Positions 33,640-47,431 of a DNA stretch of 64,000 bases are shown one piece after another. Source of the stretch: Macrostomum lignano (lineage: Eukaryota); NCBI GenBank assembly GCA_002269645.1, contig NIVC01003156.1:52003-116002 (forward strand). The letters are read 5' to 3'. The first letter of the stretch is position 1; each line of letters starts with the position of its first letter. The translations under genes were made by a program, and so were the position numbers. The notes under the pieces were generated by a model that ran no database searches, had not been told where the DNA came from, and worked only from the letters and a program-made list of their open reading frames with translations.

Positions 33640-35030
33640 TTAGGGTACAACACTTCTTCTGTCTTATTCTTAGGTGCATGTAACTTGTTACTGTCAGTTT
33701 CGGCCAATATTTTTTGTCATTTCCAGTTGCATAAACAATGGAGCTTAGCGATATGTGTGAAGAAACTGTTCTTTGGGTCCATCCAAAGAGTGAAATATTC
33801 ATTAAGAGTTCGATACAAGTTCTAGTGTCACCAGATGATTTTAATCACGGATATAAAAACTACAGGTTCGGCTGGCTTTCGTTAAAGTCTGACGTTCTGA
33901 CTTTCATTTTAATTTCAAACGCGTTCTTATTCCTATACTAGGTATTACCGAGGTCCGTGTTGTCAACGCTATCCGACTGCTCACACTGTTAAACTTAAAA
34001 GCAGCTTTTTTGCCAAAGAACTCTAGTTAATAGGGGTAGGCGTGATTAGACTTTGCCATATTAAGTTCCTATTTTTACCGTACATTATCTGATGATATAA
34101 TGAAGCAATCCTAACTGGTTGGTAATTTTCTTGGTGTTTTAAGCATTTATAGGGTAGCATTTAATGTTAAGGAAATAGCATCGTAGGCATGACGAATACT
34201 TGAACATGTCTAGACTAAATAGAAAAGCTAAAGGGCTGGAAAAACTGTAGAACGTGCTCAAATCTCCAGTAGCTAGTCCAGTGTGCACATCATTAGTGTA
34301 CCGCATATCGATCTGCATTTGAATTTTTACCTCGAGAAAGAGATCGACATTTTATTTCGAATGATTTTTCTACATGGTCTCTTGCGTGGCAGCTTTTTCT
34401 CATTAAAATTCTAGTTCAGCATTATTAGTACTGTTTGTCATTTGAAAAACGGTTGCTAAAGGTTCGGTGCATCCGATCGGTTGAGGAATCAAATATATTT
34501 GTTTGATTTTACGCTCATATTCTGGAAATTTTGTGGCATAGGTAAGTTACAATTGATAATTCAGATTTCACAGAAACAAAAATGACAGAAATAAGCCTCT
34601 AATCAAGTTGGGTTTACAGACGAAGTTGATGTCGATATAACCATACACTCGTAGTAAGTCATCGGCTATGGGCTAATTATAACAAACTCGACTTTTAGAA
34701 TTAAGAACACGCAAGACTTCTTGCAAGACACAAGAGATAGCTGAATGACGCATGACTCATAATTGATTAAAACTCGTAATCGTCATTGACCAAGCTAAAG
34801 TCATTGAAATTAAATAAAACATGAAAAGCAGTTTCAACACGCAGGGGTCATCAGCAAAGCTATTGTTTCCGTCACGTCGCAAATGACCACTGTTTTCTTC
34901 TAGTACTTTTACATTCGCTGTGCGAAAAGTTCATGAGCATTGTTCTAGATGACGCCTCATGCTCATTAAAAAATATCTTCTTACTATTTCTTAGTGAAAA
35001 TTCACAAAAACGTATAAAAACTTCAACACG

Positions 35031-36287
35031 TCAGACAAACGGTTTGACTTCCTCTCTCATTGAAGTGGAAATTCTTGACAATTCAACCATCTCAAAGTCC
35101 AATGCATTCCGAGCGTGACTGCGACCCGGCTTTCGTTCTCGCTGCTCCGACAACCTCTGCACTTGATGCCTTTGTCGGCAAGTTCCTGACTGGCTCAGCC
35201 GGTGCCGACTGCCCCCATTCTGAGTCGGCGGATTCCGTAGCAGCACCTGCCGAAACGTGCTGTTCGTTTTCATGTAAATGAAGAAGTTGCACGTGGAGTC
35301 CAGGTTCAAGCACAGGTTGGTCACCTCCATGGCGTAGGCCATAAAGATGTCCCAAAATTTGCTCTCGTCGGGCAGCCGGATTCCGACCATCACGGTGAGG
35401 AACATCGGCATCTCCAGGCTAACGAAAGCAACCAGCAACAGTTGAACCATTCGAGTGGCTCTACTCCTGAGCTCTTGACCATTGCTGAAGTGACATCGAT
35501 GCAACTGGCTGCTCTGAGTTCGCTGATCCACAGACTGGCTCGTCGACTCGTTGATTAACTGGTTACCAACGTTGGTTTCACGTCGCAAAACAATTGTCAT
35601 GGCAACGGAAACCAGACCGACAATTATCACCGGCAGCACTGCTTGAAAGAACATCGAAGCGAGATAGAACCCAGCATAGTTGCTGAAGGGTTCCACCGGT
35701 TGCACGCCAACAATGCGTCCAGTAATCGAACAGAAGTCGTAGTTCTCTTGAAACGCCTTTGGCACTCCGAAAGCGCAGCTCAACAGTAGGATGCCAATGA
35801 AGCTGATCAGAACTGTTCGGTGGCTGAACACTCGTCGAACTCCGTGACGCGAGAACGGTCGCAGGACAACTTCGCACCGAGTGACGGCAATGAGAACGAT
35901 GCACCAGTTCCGAGCCATCAGGAAGGTGTTGGCTATAACCCAGGACACGCTCAGGTAGTCGATGGTTGCCTTAGCAACCGCGGCAGACGGATAGCTCACC
36001 CGGTCACGAAGAATATCAGTGAGCAGACGGATCGTCTGGACGCTGGTCATGCCCAGACTGGCCAGGGACTCCGTGGCCGACAGGAATAGCAGCAGAATGC
36101 GGACTATGCTCTCCTTCTGACGATGCCAGAGAAACACCAGAAAGCTGATCGTGTTTAGGACCAGATTGATTGACCCCAGCGAGATGAAGATTACCTTGAA
36201 GATGCCTTTGTAGACAGTTCGCGGATCGTTGATGGTGACATTCGCCAAGGAGCAGTTTTCATCGGTGAGAGTGACAAAGGAAAACAT
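35031..36287 (-). CDS. Class A (rhodopsin-like) GPCR, FMRFamide/peptide-receptor-like orphan, 418 aa, single coding exon (copy 1)
   Basis: Seven hydrophobic segments; TM1 GSINLVLN; TM3 ARNWCIVLIAVTRC; TM7 NLDSTCNFFIY. ATG chosen by alignment to copy 2 and an upstream TTACAG acceptor. Confidence 0.92.
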   Translation of the reverse strand: MFSFVTLTDENCSLANVTINDPRTVYKGIFKVIFISLGSINLVLNTISFLVFLWHRQKESIVRILLLFLSATESLASLGMTSVQTIRLLTDILRDRVSYPSAAVAKATIDYLSVSWVIANTFLMARNWCIVLIAVTRCEVVLRPFSRHGVRRVFSHRTVLISFIGILLLSCAFGVPKAFQENYDFCSITGRIVGVQPVEPFSNYAGFYLASMFFQAVLPVIIVGLVSVAMTIVLRRETNVGNQLINESTSQSVDQRTQSSQLHRCHFSNGQELRSRATRMVQLLLVAFVSLEMPMFLTVMVGIRLPDESKFWDIFMAYAMEVTNLCLNLDSTCNFFIYMKTNSTFRQVLLRNPPTQNGGSRHRLSQSGTCRQRHQVQRLSEQRERKPGRSHARNALDFEMVELSRISTSMREEVKPFV

Positions 36288-37890
36288 TTTACTAGCTGTA
36301 AGATTGCCAAAAGAAAAGAAATTCTTTAGGGACTTAGGCAAGATATAAAAGATCTCCCTTTTATGTTGTTTTTGTGCTGATTTGAAACTGGACAAGCAGA
36401 TGTAAAAAGGAAGAAGTTGGGATGGTTTAGTCAGCCAATGGTAGATCGATTTTCCATCCACACAAAGCCACTCATAGCCATGCACGGAGACGCCCTGCCA
36501 AGTCATTTTCGGATGCCTCCGGTCATTCTCTAGTTAGGTAACCATCTCGCGCTGAGCTATCTATTCATATACAAAGCAACTCTTGATTCAAAATCATTTG
36601 CTACGAAAGAAATTGATTGGACTGGTTTGTGAGGCGAAAGCGCACAAACCGGCTTTAGTGCCCAGCGCGTTGATTGTACATCGCCGCCTGCCCCCCCCTT
36701 GGGTGGCAGGGGTGTTTTTAAACCCCCCTCGCGCTCTACTGGCGGCTCACTTTGCCTTCTTGCAGTGAATTTTTTTCTTTTTCGTGTTAAGTTTGCTTTA
36801 AGCCAAATATACTCGTAGATTGAAGTTCGAAACACTTTTTTATTGACGGAGGCCTGCTTCGTTTCTGTGCCAAGTTCGCGTCTTAATGCCTTTGTTGCTG
36901 GAAGCACTAATGCAATATCTATGCCTCTGACAATGAAATTTTATCGTTTTGCGTAGAATGGGGATTCCTAAGATTTTTTCTCTGCACCTTTCAAAGCAGC
37001 TAGCAGCTAGGGTTCGGCGAACTTCTGCCCACATGCAGCCCTTGAAGCATCTCTATGGAGCTCTCGGGTCATTTGAAACTTCGCAATGGCAATCTGGTCC
37101 GCTCAGGGTTTGTGTCGCTTCTCAGCTCCCTTTTCTTCTTTTTCTCCTCTCCCCTCTCTTGTCTCTCTCTCCCCTCATCTCCACCCTCCTCTCATCTGCC
37201 CTCTCTCCTTTCTCTTCTCGCTTCTCCTCAATTCCCTTCTTTCCTCTCCTCTCCCTGGCCCGCAGTCATGCGCTAGATTCTACATTCAGCCCTCAAGTTA
37301 AAAAGGTTTGCCGACTTATGTTTTAAAGCTGACATTGCTCATACATGCTCCCTACTATCTCGCTGTTATGATAGCGTATTACCTCTCCGACCTTCACAGG
37401 GATTTTCGTTGTTTCTGTAATTTTTTAAATTGTCGTTTGCTGGTGAAAGAAATGCTAAGCTCAAATGATTAATTTGGTTGCTAACCATGAAAGGGGCATA
37501 GAAACGGTGAACCATGCATGCCAACTTGATGGATAAACCGGATAAGTTAGACCCCGTACACTTTGAGGAAGTGGTCAGGGTCACTTGGCTTGCTTGATGG
37601 AAAGTTGGCCGAATACTGCCCAAGCATTGCTATGGACGCATTGCTTTTAATGGCCCCGGCGTGACGTAGGTCACGTGACTGCACTGTACGCAGCCGGGAA
37701 TGTACATTTAGAAGTGCCCTGATTAGGCAAATATTGGTATCGTTGCTTGAATAATGATGAGCTATTGTTGAAAACTTGGCAAACTGTTGGATGGACTTAT
37801 GTTTGCTGATGTTGCATGATAAATCAGTTGCTCCACCGTTGGCAAAAAAGGTTGGATGCCATCATTTGACTGGCTCAACTGGATTGCCGG

Positions 37891-39358
37891 TGTTAGAGTT
37901 TAGGATCTCCGCGTTTTAGGGTCTCCGGCCCGGAGATCACAAACTGAAAATTGTGTCATTTTAAGATCGCCCACACGAAGATCGGAAACCATAACATAAG
38001 ATAGAGTTACAGTTCTCCGCCGTGTTAGGATCTCCGCGGTTCTTTTCTATATGAAAATTATAGCTACTTCTATGTACATCGAGATTGGCACCCCAAGGTG
38101 TGAGCAGTCTTGCGTAACTTTCAATAGGCTTTGCACATTTTGGAGATCAGCTTTGTACTCATATTTTATGGGTGGCGGGTAGCGCTGTAAACATTTATAT
38201 TGGGCAGATGATAAGAAAGGTTTGTGCTGTGTGATTTTCGTCGATTTCTGCATTTCAAAGCTTGATGGCTTCGCTCAATCAAATATTTTTCTACGTCCTA
38301 AACAATGAATACACGCAGGTACCAGCCAGATTGGACGCCAATTAAGATAAGGCCAACTTAAAAAGACGTATTAGAGAAAAGAGCAAGCGTTCTCCATCCA
38401 TGACGGAGCGCTTTACTACAGGGTGACTAATAAGGACGACAGTCAGCGAATGCGGCCTGAAGACCATCGCAGAGTACTTTTCACAGAGGAAGAGGTACGG
38501 GATAAGATCCGCAGCCTTCACTCGCAAGGAAGTCACGTGGGTGTCAACAGCACAGTGAGCCTTTTTACTGCACGATACTATGCTGACATCCCCGTCACAC
38601 CGATTGCCAAGGCAGTGGTCGAGTCTTGTGACAGGTGCGAGCTGGTCACACCGTGGGAGCAGCTGGGGTTCAGGATCTGAAGCGAGGGGACAGAGTTAGG
38701 CTTCGCAATCTTCGCAGGGACGATCGGAAGGGTGGTAAGATGCGATACACTTGGAGTCAGCAAGTCTACATCGTGACCAGGTGTCTTGGTCAAAACGTGT
38801 ACAGGCTAGGAGGACTAACCAGGTGTGTCAATGGGAAACACCTCAAGAGATGCTTCCTCCAAGCACCGGCTGAAAGTGCATCACCGGTTTTTCACTAAGC
38901 GGACATTTACTTCATTACTTTAACAGTAAACAGTTTTCCATTTAAATACACAGTTGTGCGAGCATACAGTATACGTATAAAACTAATGCTACGTTGATGA
39001 TAAAAATGCCTTTCCACTTCTTATACATGTACGCGTTCAATACCATGACCATTGGTTTTACACAAATGGGGGGGGGGGGAGTTCGGAAACCGGAGATCCT
39101 AAACCAGGACTTTGTTTTTGCGGCCCTGACGGAGAGCTGAAACTGGTTTAGAGTCTCCTGGGGGGAGATCAGAAACTGGTTTAAGATCTCCGGGTGCGGA
39201 GACCTGAAAATGCCCCGGAGACCCTTAAACGGTTTCAGATCTCCTACCCCGGAGACCCATAACCGTTAGAAGTCTTCAGGGGAGATCCTAAACGGTTTAG
39301 GGTCTCCGCCCCGGACACCCTAAACTGACCGGACCCCCGGAGATCCTAAACCATAACA
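37891..39358 (+). mobile_element. Non-autonomous Ginger1-type DNA transposon (internal deletion derivative)
   Basis: TIR TGTTA(G/T)(A/G)GTTTAGGATCTCC; 4-bp TSD CCGG at 37887-37890 and 39359-39362. Remnant ORF 38265-38898 has an integrase H-x4-H...CxxC motif (LHSQGSH...CDRC) and a C-terminal GDRVRLRNLRRDDRKGGK...W...VYRL...VNGKHLK segment. Confidence 0.85.
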
Positions 39359-42300
39359 CCGGCGGTTAAGGTTAGAGTTAATATTTAGGTTAATTAATGT
39401 TTGGAATTTGTGATATCCAATGACGGTTTTACTAAACGACTCGAACAACCGTAGAACAAAAATATGATGCGCAATGCAGACAAAACAACTCTTTAGAAAG
39501 CAATTCTTATTTTAGAAATTGACTGGCTTAGAAAAGAAATGGCGCAATGCAAGCACGCTAGTGCAACAAAAGCGAATCGCAAAGAACTGGCTGATTAGCC
39601 AACAGGACGAAGACGGAGGCGAGGGCGTGGCGATGAGAACGAAGGGCAGGCGAGGCGAGACCGCAAGCAAATGTATTTCGATATATTTAAGATTGAACGC
39701 ATTGAAAATCGCAGGATAAAACAACGGTAGAACAGGATAAAACAGGATAAAAAAGGATATAACAGGAAAAAAACATTTTCTCACGCGAGGGCAGGGCGAA
39801 ATGCACACAGGCCCGCGCACGGGCTTAAATGACCAGCCGCCCCACCACCCTACGCCTCCACCCTGACGCCGGCAACAGGGCAGCCCGCGCGCAGGGGCGG
39901 CCGTCCTGTCAGCTAAACACGATTACGGCACCGGTACACCAGCACCGAAATCGCAAACATATTGAATAATCACCTCGTATAATTACGAGTTTGGCCTGCC
40001 ATAGTACTACTGTGACAATATTAGCGCGAGTCTGGTTTACCTTTAGCCAGTGTTGTGTTACAGGCCGGATCACTACCCTGACTATCACAGTGAACGAGCC
40101 GAAGATGGCGTCAGTCAACTGGCCGGACTGACTTCGGACTCTGAGCGGGGGATCACGTCAGGAGACTTGATCAGCCCGTCCCTAATGCACAGATTAATTC
40201 CCGCCAGTCCCTCAAATAAGAAAGACACGCGACTCACTCTGTTTCTTCGGGTAACAGCGGTGGCGGCAGCAGGGGTGGCTTCTCTCAATGTTCTCTCTGC
40301 AGTCTATAGAATAGACAGGTATCTAGATTGCAGTATTAGACTTATGGCTGTGACTTGCACAATTCAACCAAAAAGATGCCTCCCCTACCGCCGCTCCTGC
40401 ACACATTTATATTTACGCTAGCTGGTTGAGCCCTAGGGTATCGCTACCCAAGGCCCAGCTAGCCAAAATTACGATCGTCTTATAAAAGTTACAAAGTCGG
40501 GGTCGCGATTGGAAGGGGGAAAGAATACAAACCGATTGGCTGGACCACCAGCCAATCGCAGGGCGAGCGAGGGGGCGCACTGGAGCCGCAGCCAGCCAAA
40601 ACCGGCTGGCCTAACAGACAGTGGGGTGGGTGCAACTGGAGGGGGGTTGACGCAGACAGAATGGGGGTTGGCACAAGCACGCGGCTGGGGGGTGGGAGTG
40701 CAGTGCCGGGCACACTTGACCGAGAGCCAGAGATTGCTCATCGGTGCAAGTGCACCCGGGCACAACACTAGGTATTTTTTCTGAAATCTATCGCATACCT
40801 ACAGACAACTCATTTTTAGTATTGGTTATCTTCTTTTTCCTCGTGACCGGCACTTGAAAGTTTGGAATTATAAGAAATATTCGTTAAAATTTATTGTTTA
40901 GCGTACACAGCTTTTATTAGCTCGTAGCTTAACAAAAGATGCAATCCAGGAAAGTCGCGGTGTCTCATACAGCGTAGCTTAAATGGGCCCTGCAGGACGT
41001 CCTAAGGAGACTGGGGCAGCAGCTCTCGGCCTGGATCACGTCCAGTCCAGCTGAATGTTTGTCTGACAGCAATTCCTGGAGGTGTCAGCACTAGTAGCAC
41101 AATGTACGTGCTGCGGTCGGCTCCCGACGTTTACAAGAGGCTCCATCAGGCTCCAAGGTCCTCTGAATAGAGACCTGGCTCAACCAGGATAGAACCGCTT
41201 GCTTCTAATTTTCATCATAAAGTTTTCTGTTTAAATTTATCAATTTTCCAACAATATACTGCCAATCTGATGGTCATTTTTCCCAGAAAAACTTTTTAGG
41301 AGTTTCATAACCTTTGTTTACCTACCCCAAATAGCACCTTTTTAATATAGTCTTACAATAGGCTACGTACTCGTAAATAAACAAAACAGTACTATATATG
41401 GCCAGGTAAAAACTCCAGCGAGAAAAATCTGTTTTTTAATTGACAAACCTATGGATTTAACTCGATTTGGATTAAAGCATAAAAAATCAGATTATTCTTA
41501 AAGACAACATTCCAGTTCAAGCTACGTGTAGAAAGACTTTCTAGCGCAAAACTTACTTTTTAACGTTCCTTGGAGACTAGTTTCAGTAGTAATTGTTGCC
41601 CATGGGATTCAAATACGCTATGGGAGCGGTTCAAGTATGCATGAATTAAACACCTAACAGATATTGCGTGGCGGTCTGGTGTGCCAGCGGCCCAGGCTCG
41701 ATTCCACATGCAGTCGCATTAATTTGGGGCTAAACTGGAATCCCAGCTTGTGTAATTAACCGCCTTGAGAGCAAACCCCAATGCACAGTAAAGTGTACAT
41801 GCCTAACGATCCTGTGAGTGTGTGCCTGTGCTTATGGCTGCGTACGTATCCGCGCTTGTATGCCTGCTCAGGGAAGTCGGCTGAATGGGCAGTAATGCCT
41901 CTTGCCGGTTGTGTGACAATGTCGCTTAAAGTGCACCAGGGTCACACAGTCCCTGCCTCTTAAAAATATCTTATTTGGATTACGATATCACTTACGTCAT
42001 CGGATTTGTCGTGTGATCATGAGGGCCAACTCTGAGGCACACAGAGTGTACATGACTGGCGATTAGAAACTCAGGGCCGCTGTGCACCCTGTGTGAGCGT
42101 GGCCAAGGACCATTCGAAGTTCCAACGACAACAGTATCCGCGACTTTATAGCGTGCTCAGCAGTCAGCAGGATGGAGTCATTATGATGGAATCATCTGAT
42201 GCAGTCATTATAAATATTATGCTCCAATCAATATCTCCGAATTTACCCGACCAATATTTTTTCCGCTCCAAAAGAAGAATAAAACATTACAAAAGCGAAG

Positions 42301-42709
42301 AGCCAAGGCGTGTTGTTAAATTTTGCGTCCGTGGTCGGGGAAGCCAGGAAGTTCGAAGAAGAACAGTGACACAAAATAGAAATAATTAGGTCACCCGAAC
42401 TAATAAGAAATAAATACCTTGACTCGACACAGCTGACATGCATTGGGCAGTCCTCAAGTGAAAAATCTTCAGGTAGAAATTATTTCCCGCTCGAGTGAAT
42501 AGGAAAAATACATGTAGCTGGGAGGTTGCGGGCGTCCAGTGAGCCTCGGCTGGACCTGGATTAGTGTAACAAAACAGATGCGTTCTACAATTAAAAAGAA
42601 CTCGACAAGCGCTATATCGCAAGTTTAATGGTAAAATAAAACCTCTAATGCATACACTCAGCAACTTGTTATGGGTTCCACCCATAAACAGCGGTCAACA
42701 TGCCTCTGA

Positions 42710-43000
42710 TCTAGCCTCTAGCCTCTAGCCTCTAGCCTCTAGCCTCTAGCCTCTATAGCTCGTAGCCTCTAGTCTCTAGCCTCTATATCCTCTATAGCCT
42801 CTAGCCTCTATAGCCTCTAGCCTCTATAGCCTCTAGCCTCTAGCCTCTAGCCTCTAGCCTCTAGCCTCTAGCCTCTAGCCTCTAGCCTCTTGTCTCTAGC
42901 CTCTATAGCCTCTATAGCCTCTAGCCTCTATAGCCTCTAGCCTCTATAGCCTCTAGCCTCTAGCCTCTAGCCTCTAGCCTCTAGCCTCTAGACTCTAGCC
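42710..43000. repeat. (CTCTAGC)n heptamer microsatellite
   Basis: Direct repeat with CTCTATAGC variants. Confidence 0.95.
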
Positions 43001-44109
43001 ACTAGTCTTGTGAAAGCAACCCATTATTATGCATTCGGATAGTCCATCATATGCAACAGTCGAGCCATAACATATAATGTAAGTGGAGATCATACTATGG
43101 AAAGCATGCAGTCTACTGATGTTACTTATTAAAACATTAATTGTTTCTTAATAGTCTGTTTGAATTACTTCCAGCATAGTTTTCTGAAATTAGTAACTAC
43201 CTGTTGGCCAAGTCTGTCTCAAATTGTCTCAAATTCATTTGCCCTTCGTCTAGCGTAATTACACTCTGTACTCCACGGCTTGAGCGAGATTATAAGTTCA
43301 GCCATGCTTGACAATTAAATTCTATAGCTCCCTATTATTCTGGCCTATATACAAAAGTTGGAAAGGACATCGGACGGGCTATGCTTTCCTACTCAAAAAG
43401 CTTCATTTTTCCTGACCAAAGTCTTGATTAGGTCTTGGTTTTGGTTGTCACTAGGCTATAGGTTAGATAAGGCATGATCAGCAGCATTTAACGATTAACA
43501 ACGCAAGACGGATTGAAAATTAACTTTGCAGCCCTCGTCTGCCTCGGAAATTGAATTGAGGTCAACGCAATCTAATTATATAGATGATTCTCGAATGAAT
43601 TATACGATCTTTTTCTGCCGAAGCCACCCGAGACGGAACTACGATGACTAGCTATACATGTAGTTTCGCCTCGGGATTTCGAGGTGCAATTACGTCCCTA
43701 TTCAACTCTTTGAAGCAGCTAAAAAGAACTTGCAACACCCCATTTGCCAGGTACGTTAGGGTAGGTCAGAGGACGTCTAAATGTTGCACAGGTGGATTAA
43801 GCCTACGGAATTAGAGTAAACAAATTTACTTGATCGTCAAAAATCAGCTCATAAAGCGCTGGGTCAAGTCAAATCGATAACGAAGCAAGGAGAGGAGAAA
43901 TTTGCATGTTCGATCAGTCGTAATGGCGGGTGAATATTAATTTTTAATAGCATTCCATTACTGCGAAGAAAATTTAACTTGCTTTTTGGATTATCTGTTC
44001 CCTGGGGGTGAAATAGGACTGGTTACAAATGCAGTCAGGACATAATCTATCTACGTTTTATACTTTTACATTTCCGGGGTAAGTTGGTTAGTGAGAAAGA
44101 GCGTAAATT

Positions 44110-44505
<396 letters not shown>

Positions 44506-46201
44506 AGGCCTTTTATAAATGTCTTTGTTGTGAAAGCGTTTGCGAACAGATAACGCTTCTGCTGTGAGACGTTTCTTGTCTATGAAGTTATATTAGCAGG
44601 CATATACTCGTAGTATAACTTGTTTGGACTCACATTTACTAGCAATTACAGTGAAAGCAAACAAAAAAGCAAATTTCATTTCTCGGGAGAAGCAATATCA
44701 AGCGGGGCTTATCAGGAGCAAAAGTCGATATGAGGATAAAAGGCTTCAAGATTTTTCAATATCCATAGTTTTCTTGATGTTTTAAACAACCCCATGTCTG
44801 TGTATATCAATTCCAACTTTCACTAAACGTTGAGTTATAAAAAATGATCAGTCTGATGAAGAAGCCTCCTGATATCTATTGGCAGCTTTAGCCGTTGGCT
44901 TCTTACGACAACGGAGTTTCCTCTGATCAACATTTTATCATACAGTTCCAGCAAAGGGCTTGTTTTTTCGTACTTTACTAGAAATTGTATTATAGTTGCA
45001 CTTATGCCTTTGTCTTTGCTTGAATTTTTACCCTTCAGCCGCCATCACAGAAAGACAGAGAGCTCCTCATCAAGATCGAACTGCGGATAAATACTGTTTG
45101 AAGCTTGAGAAGGTCGAATCAAAAAGTTTAACCAGTTTTAATTAACTTTATCGCCACTTCAAAGAACGAAGTCATGCGTTACTCCTATGATTCAAATGAT
45201 TCAAAGTCACAAAACAAGGAGATATCATTAAAAAAATTCACCAAAGCAAAGAAATTAGCGAAAGAAGTGGAGAGGCGGTGACTTAAAACTGAACTTGGCT
45301 ATCAAAGAAAATCTGCTCAAAGTTTCTGCGCTTGGCGTCCAATTACCCTTGCCAGAGACAACAATCGACATGGAGTATCGTTGGGTAGGTCGGTGGACGT
45401 CTGAATGTCGAAACTGTGTGTGTAGCACTGTGTAATAATTAAATGAATATCAATCAATTAATTGATATTTAAACTATCAGATGAAGAAGATTGTTTTTAC
45501 GATAGACATTTTGGATAGATAACATCGCTGCTAAAATAGCACTTGTACTTTTAAGCACAGATTTTCAGCGACAGCGACTGACTGCTTGTTGGCCTTGTCA
45601 ACAATCGAACTGATTGCTGATGCAATTATTATAATATAATTCAGAAAATACGGCGCATAATCTGGGAGGGGGGCTTTCTACAACATATTTATAACAAAAA
45701 CAAAATATAGAAGCTTTAAGTTTTAGCTATCTGCTACCAGTATTCCTCATTCGTAGCAGGTTGTAATCCTTAAATTGCCATGCACTGATCAAATAAAACT
45801 CATTGAAACCAGGACAAAAAAGATAGCTCATATTTGACGTAGAGAGGAGATGCCAAGTAAGCTAAATTTATTGTTATCTGTCACGTCGTTCATAAATTAT
45901 CCGTTCACGTTTTAAAAGAATAATGCGGTGCAATTGTCTTAAACGGTTTGAACAAAAAATCACGCTAGAGGAACAAGGGACTTTATTTTTTGATGAGAGC
46001 TTTGCTTACCTCTAAGTAGTACTTTTTACATCCGCTCTGCTACAAAGATGTGGGGGTTGTTTTAGGCTCAGACTAAAGCGCGATCAATGAGATCGAGTCC
46101 AAGGTCTGCAACTTCAACCTGCTTTTTAACGCGTAAAAACTTTTACGAGCTGTAGACACTTTGTTGTTGATGTAGCTTAAACAAGCGTACAGGTAAATCA
46201 G

Positions 46202-47431
46202 TCAGACAAGCTGGTATTTTTTCGCTCTATTTAAACTAGAAATTCTTGATAATTCAGCCATTTCATAGTTCCGCGAATTTCGAGCTCGATTTTGATGCTG
46301 CTGTTCCTGATGCCCTCGCCTGTTCCTTTCTGAACGGCTCAGCCGGTGCCGACTGGCGCCATTCTGAGTCGGCGGATTCCGTAGCAGCACCTGCCGAAAC
46401 GTACTGTTCGTTTTCATGTAAATGAAGAAGTTGCACGTGGAGTCCAGGTTCAAGCACAGGTTGGTCACCTCCATGGCGTAGGCCATAAAGATGTCCCAAA
46501 ATTTGCTCTCGTCGGGCAGCCGGATGCCGACCATGACGGTGAGGAACATCGGCATCTCCAGGCTAACGAAAGCAACCAGCAACAGTTGAACCATTCGAGT
46601 GGCTCTGCTCCTGCGCGCCTGACCGTTGCTGCAGTGACATCGATGCAGCTGGCTGCTCTGAGTTCGCTGATCCACAGACTGGCTCGTCGACTCGTTGATT
46701 AACTGGTTACCAACGTTGGTTTCACGTCGCAAAACAATTGTCATAGCAACGGAAACCAGACCGACAATTATCACCGGCAGCACTGCTTGAAAGAACATCG
46801 AAGCGAGATAGAACCCAGCATAGTTGCTGAAGGGTTCCACCGGTTGCACGCCAACAATGCGTCCAGTAATCGAACAGAAGTCGTAGTTCTCTTGAAACGC
46901 CTTCGGCACTCCGAAAGCGCAGCTTAATAGTAGGACGCCAATGAAGCTGATCAGAACTGTTCGGTGGCTGAACACTCGTCGAACTCCGTGACGCGAGAAC
47001 GGTCGCAGGACAACTTCGCACCGAGTGACGGCAATGAGAACGATGCACCAGTTTCGAGCCATCAGGAAGGTGTTGGCTATAACCCAGGACACGCTCAGGT
47101 AGTCTATGGTTGCCTTAGCAACCGCGGCAGACGGATAGCTCACCCGGTCACGAAGAATATCCGTGAGCAGACGGATCGTCTGGACGCTGGTCATGCCCAG
47201 ACTGGCCAGGGACTCCGTGGCCGACAGGAACAGCAGCAGAATGCGGACTATGCTCTCCTTCTGACGATGCCAGAGAAACACCAGAAAGCTGATCGTGTTT
47301 AGGACCAGATTGATTGACCCCAGCGAGATGAAGATTACCTTGAAGATGCCTTTGTAGACAGTTCGCGGATCGTTGATGGTGACATTCGCCAAGGAGCAGT
47401 TTTCATCGGTGAGAGGAACAAAGGAAAACAT
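46202..47431 (-). CDS. Class A GPCR, 409 aa, near-identical paralog of 35031-36287 (copy 2)
   Basis: Intact ORF with the same 7TM motifs; 6 aa differences from copy 1 over the first ~365 residues and a different C-tail. Confidence 0.93.
   Translation of the reverse strand: MFSFVPLTDENCSLANVTINDPRTVYKGIFKVIFISLGSINLVLNTISFLVFLWHRQKESIVRILLLFLSATESLASLGMTSVQTIRLLTDILRDRVSYPSAAVAKATIDYLSVSWVIANTFLMARNWCIVLIAVTRCEVVLRPFSRHGVRRVFSHRTVLISFIGVLLLSCAFGVPKAFQENYDFCSITGRIVGVQPVEPFSNYAGFYLASMFFQAVLPVIIVGLVSVAMTIVLRRETNVGNQLINESTSQSVDQRTQSSQLHRCHCSNGQARRSRATRMVQLLLVAFVSLEMPMFLTVMVGIRLPDESKFWDIFMAYAMEVTNLCLNLDSTCNFFIYMKTNSTFRQVLLRNPPTQNGASRHRLSRSERNRRGHQEQQHQNRARNSRNYEMAELSRISSLNRAKKYQLV

Noticed and set aside
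35060-36089. Alternative-frame and antisense ORFs repeated at both GPCR copies (also 46263-47302)
   Set aside because: Their recurrence follows simply from near-identity of the two genes; there is no independent coding signal.
35031-36506. 491-aa version of GPCR copy 1 from the ORF track
   Set aside because: The extra 73 N-terminal residues begin at a non-ATG codon and have no counterpart in copy 2, whose homology stops at the acceptor just before ATG 36287.
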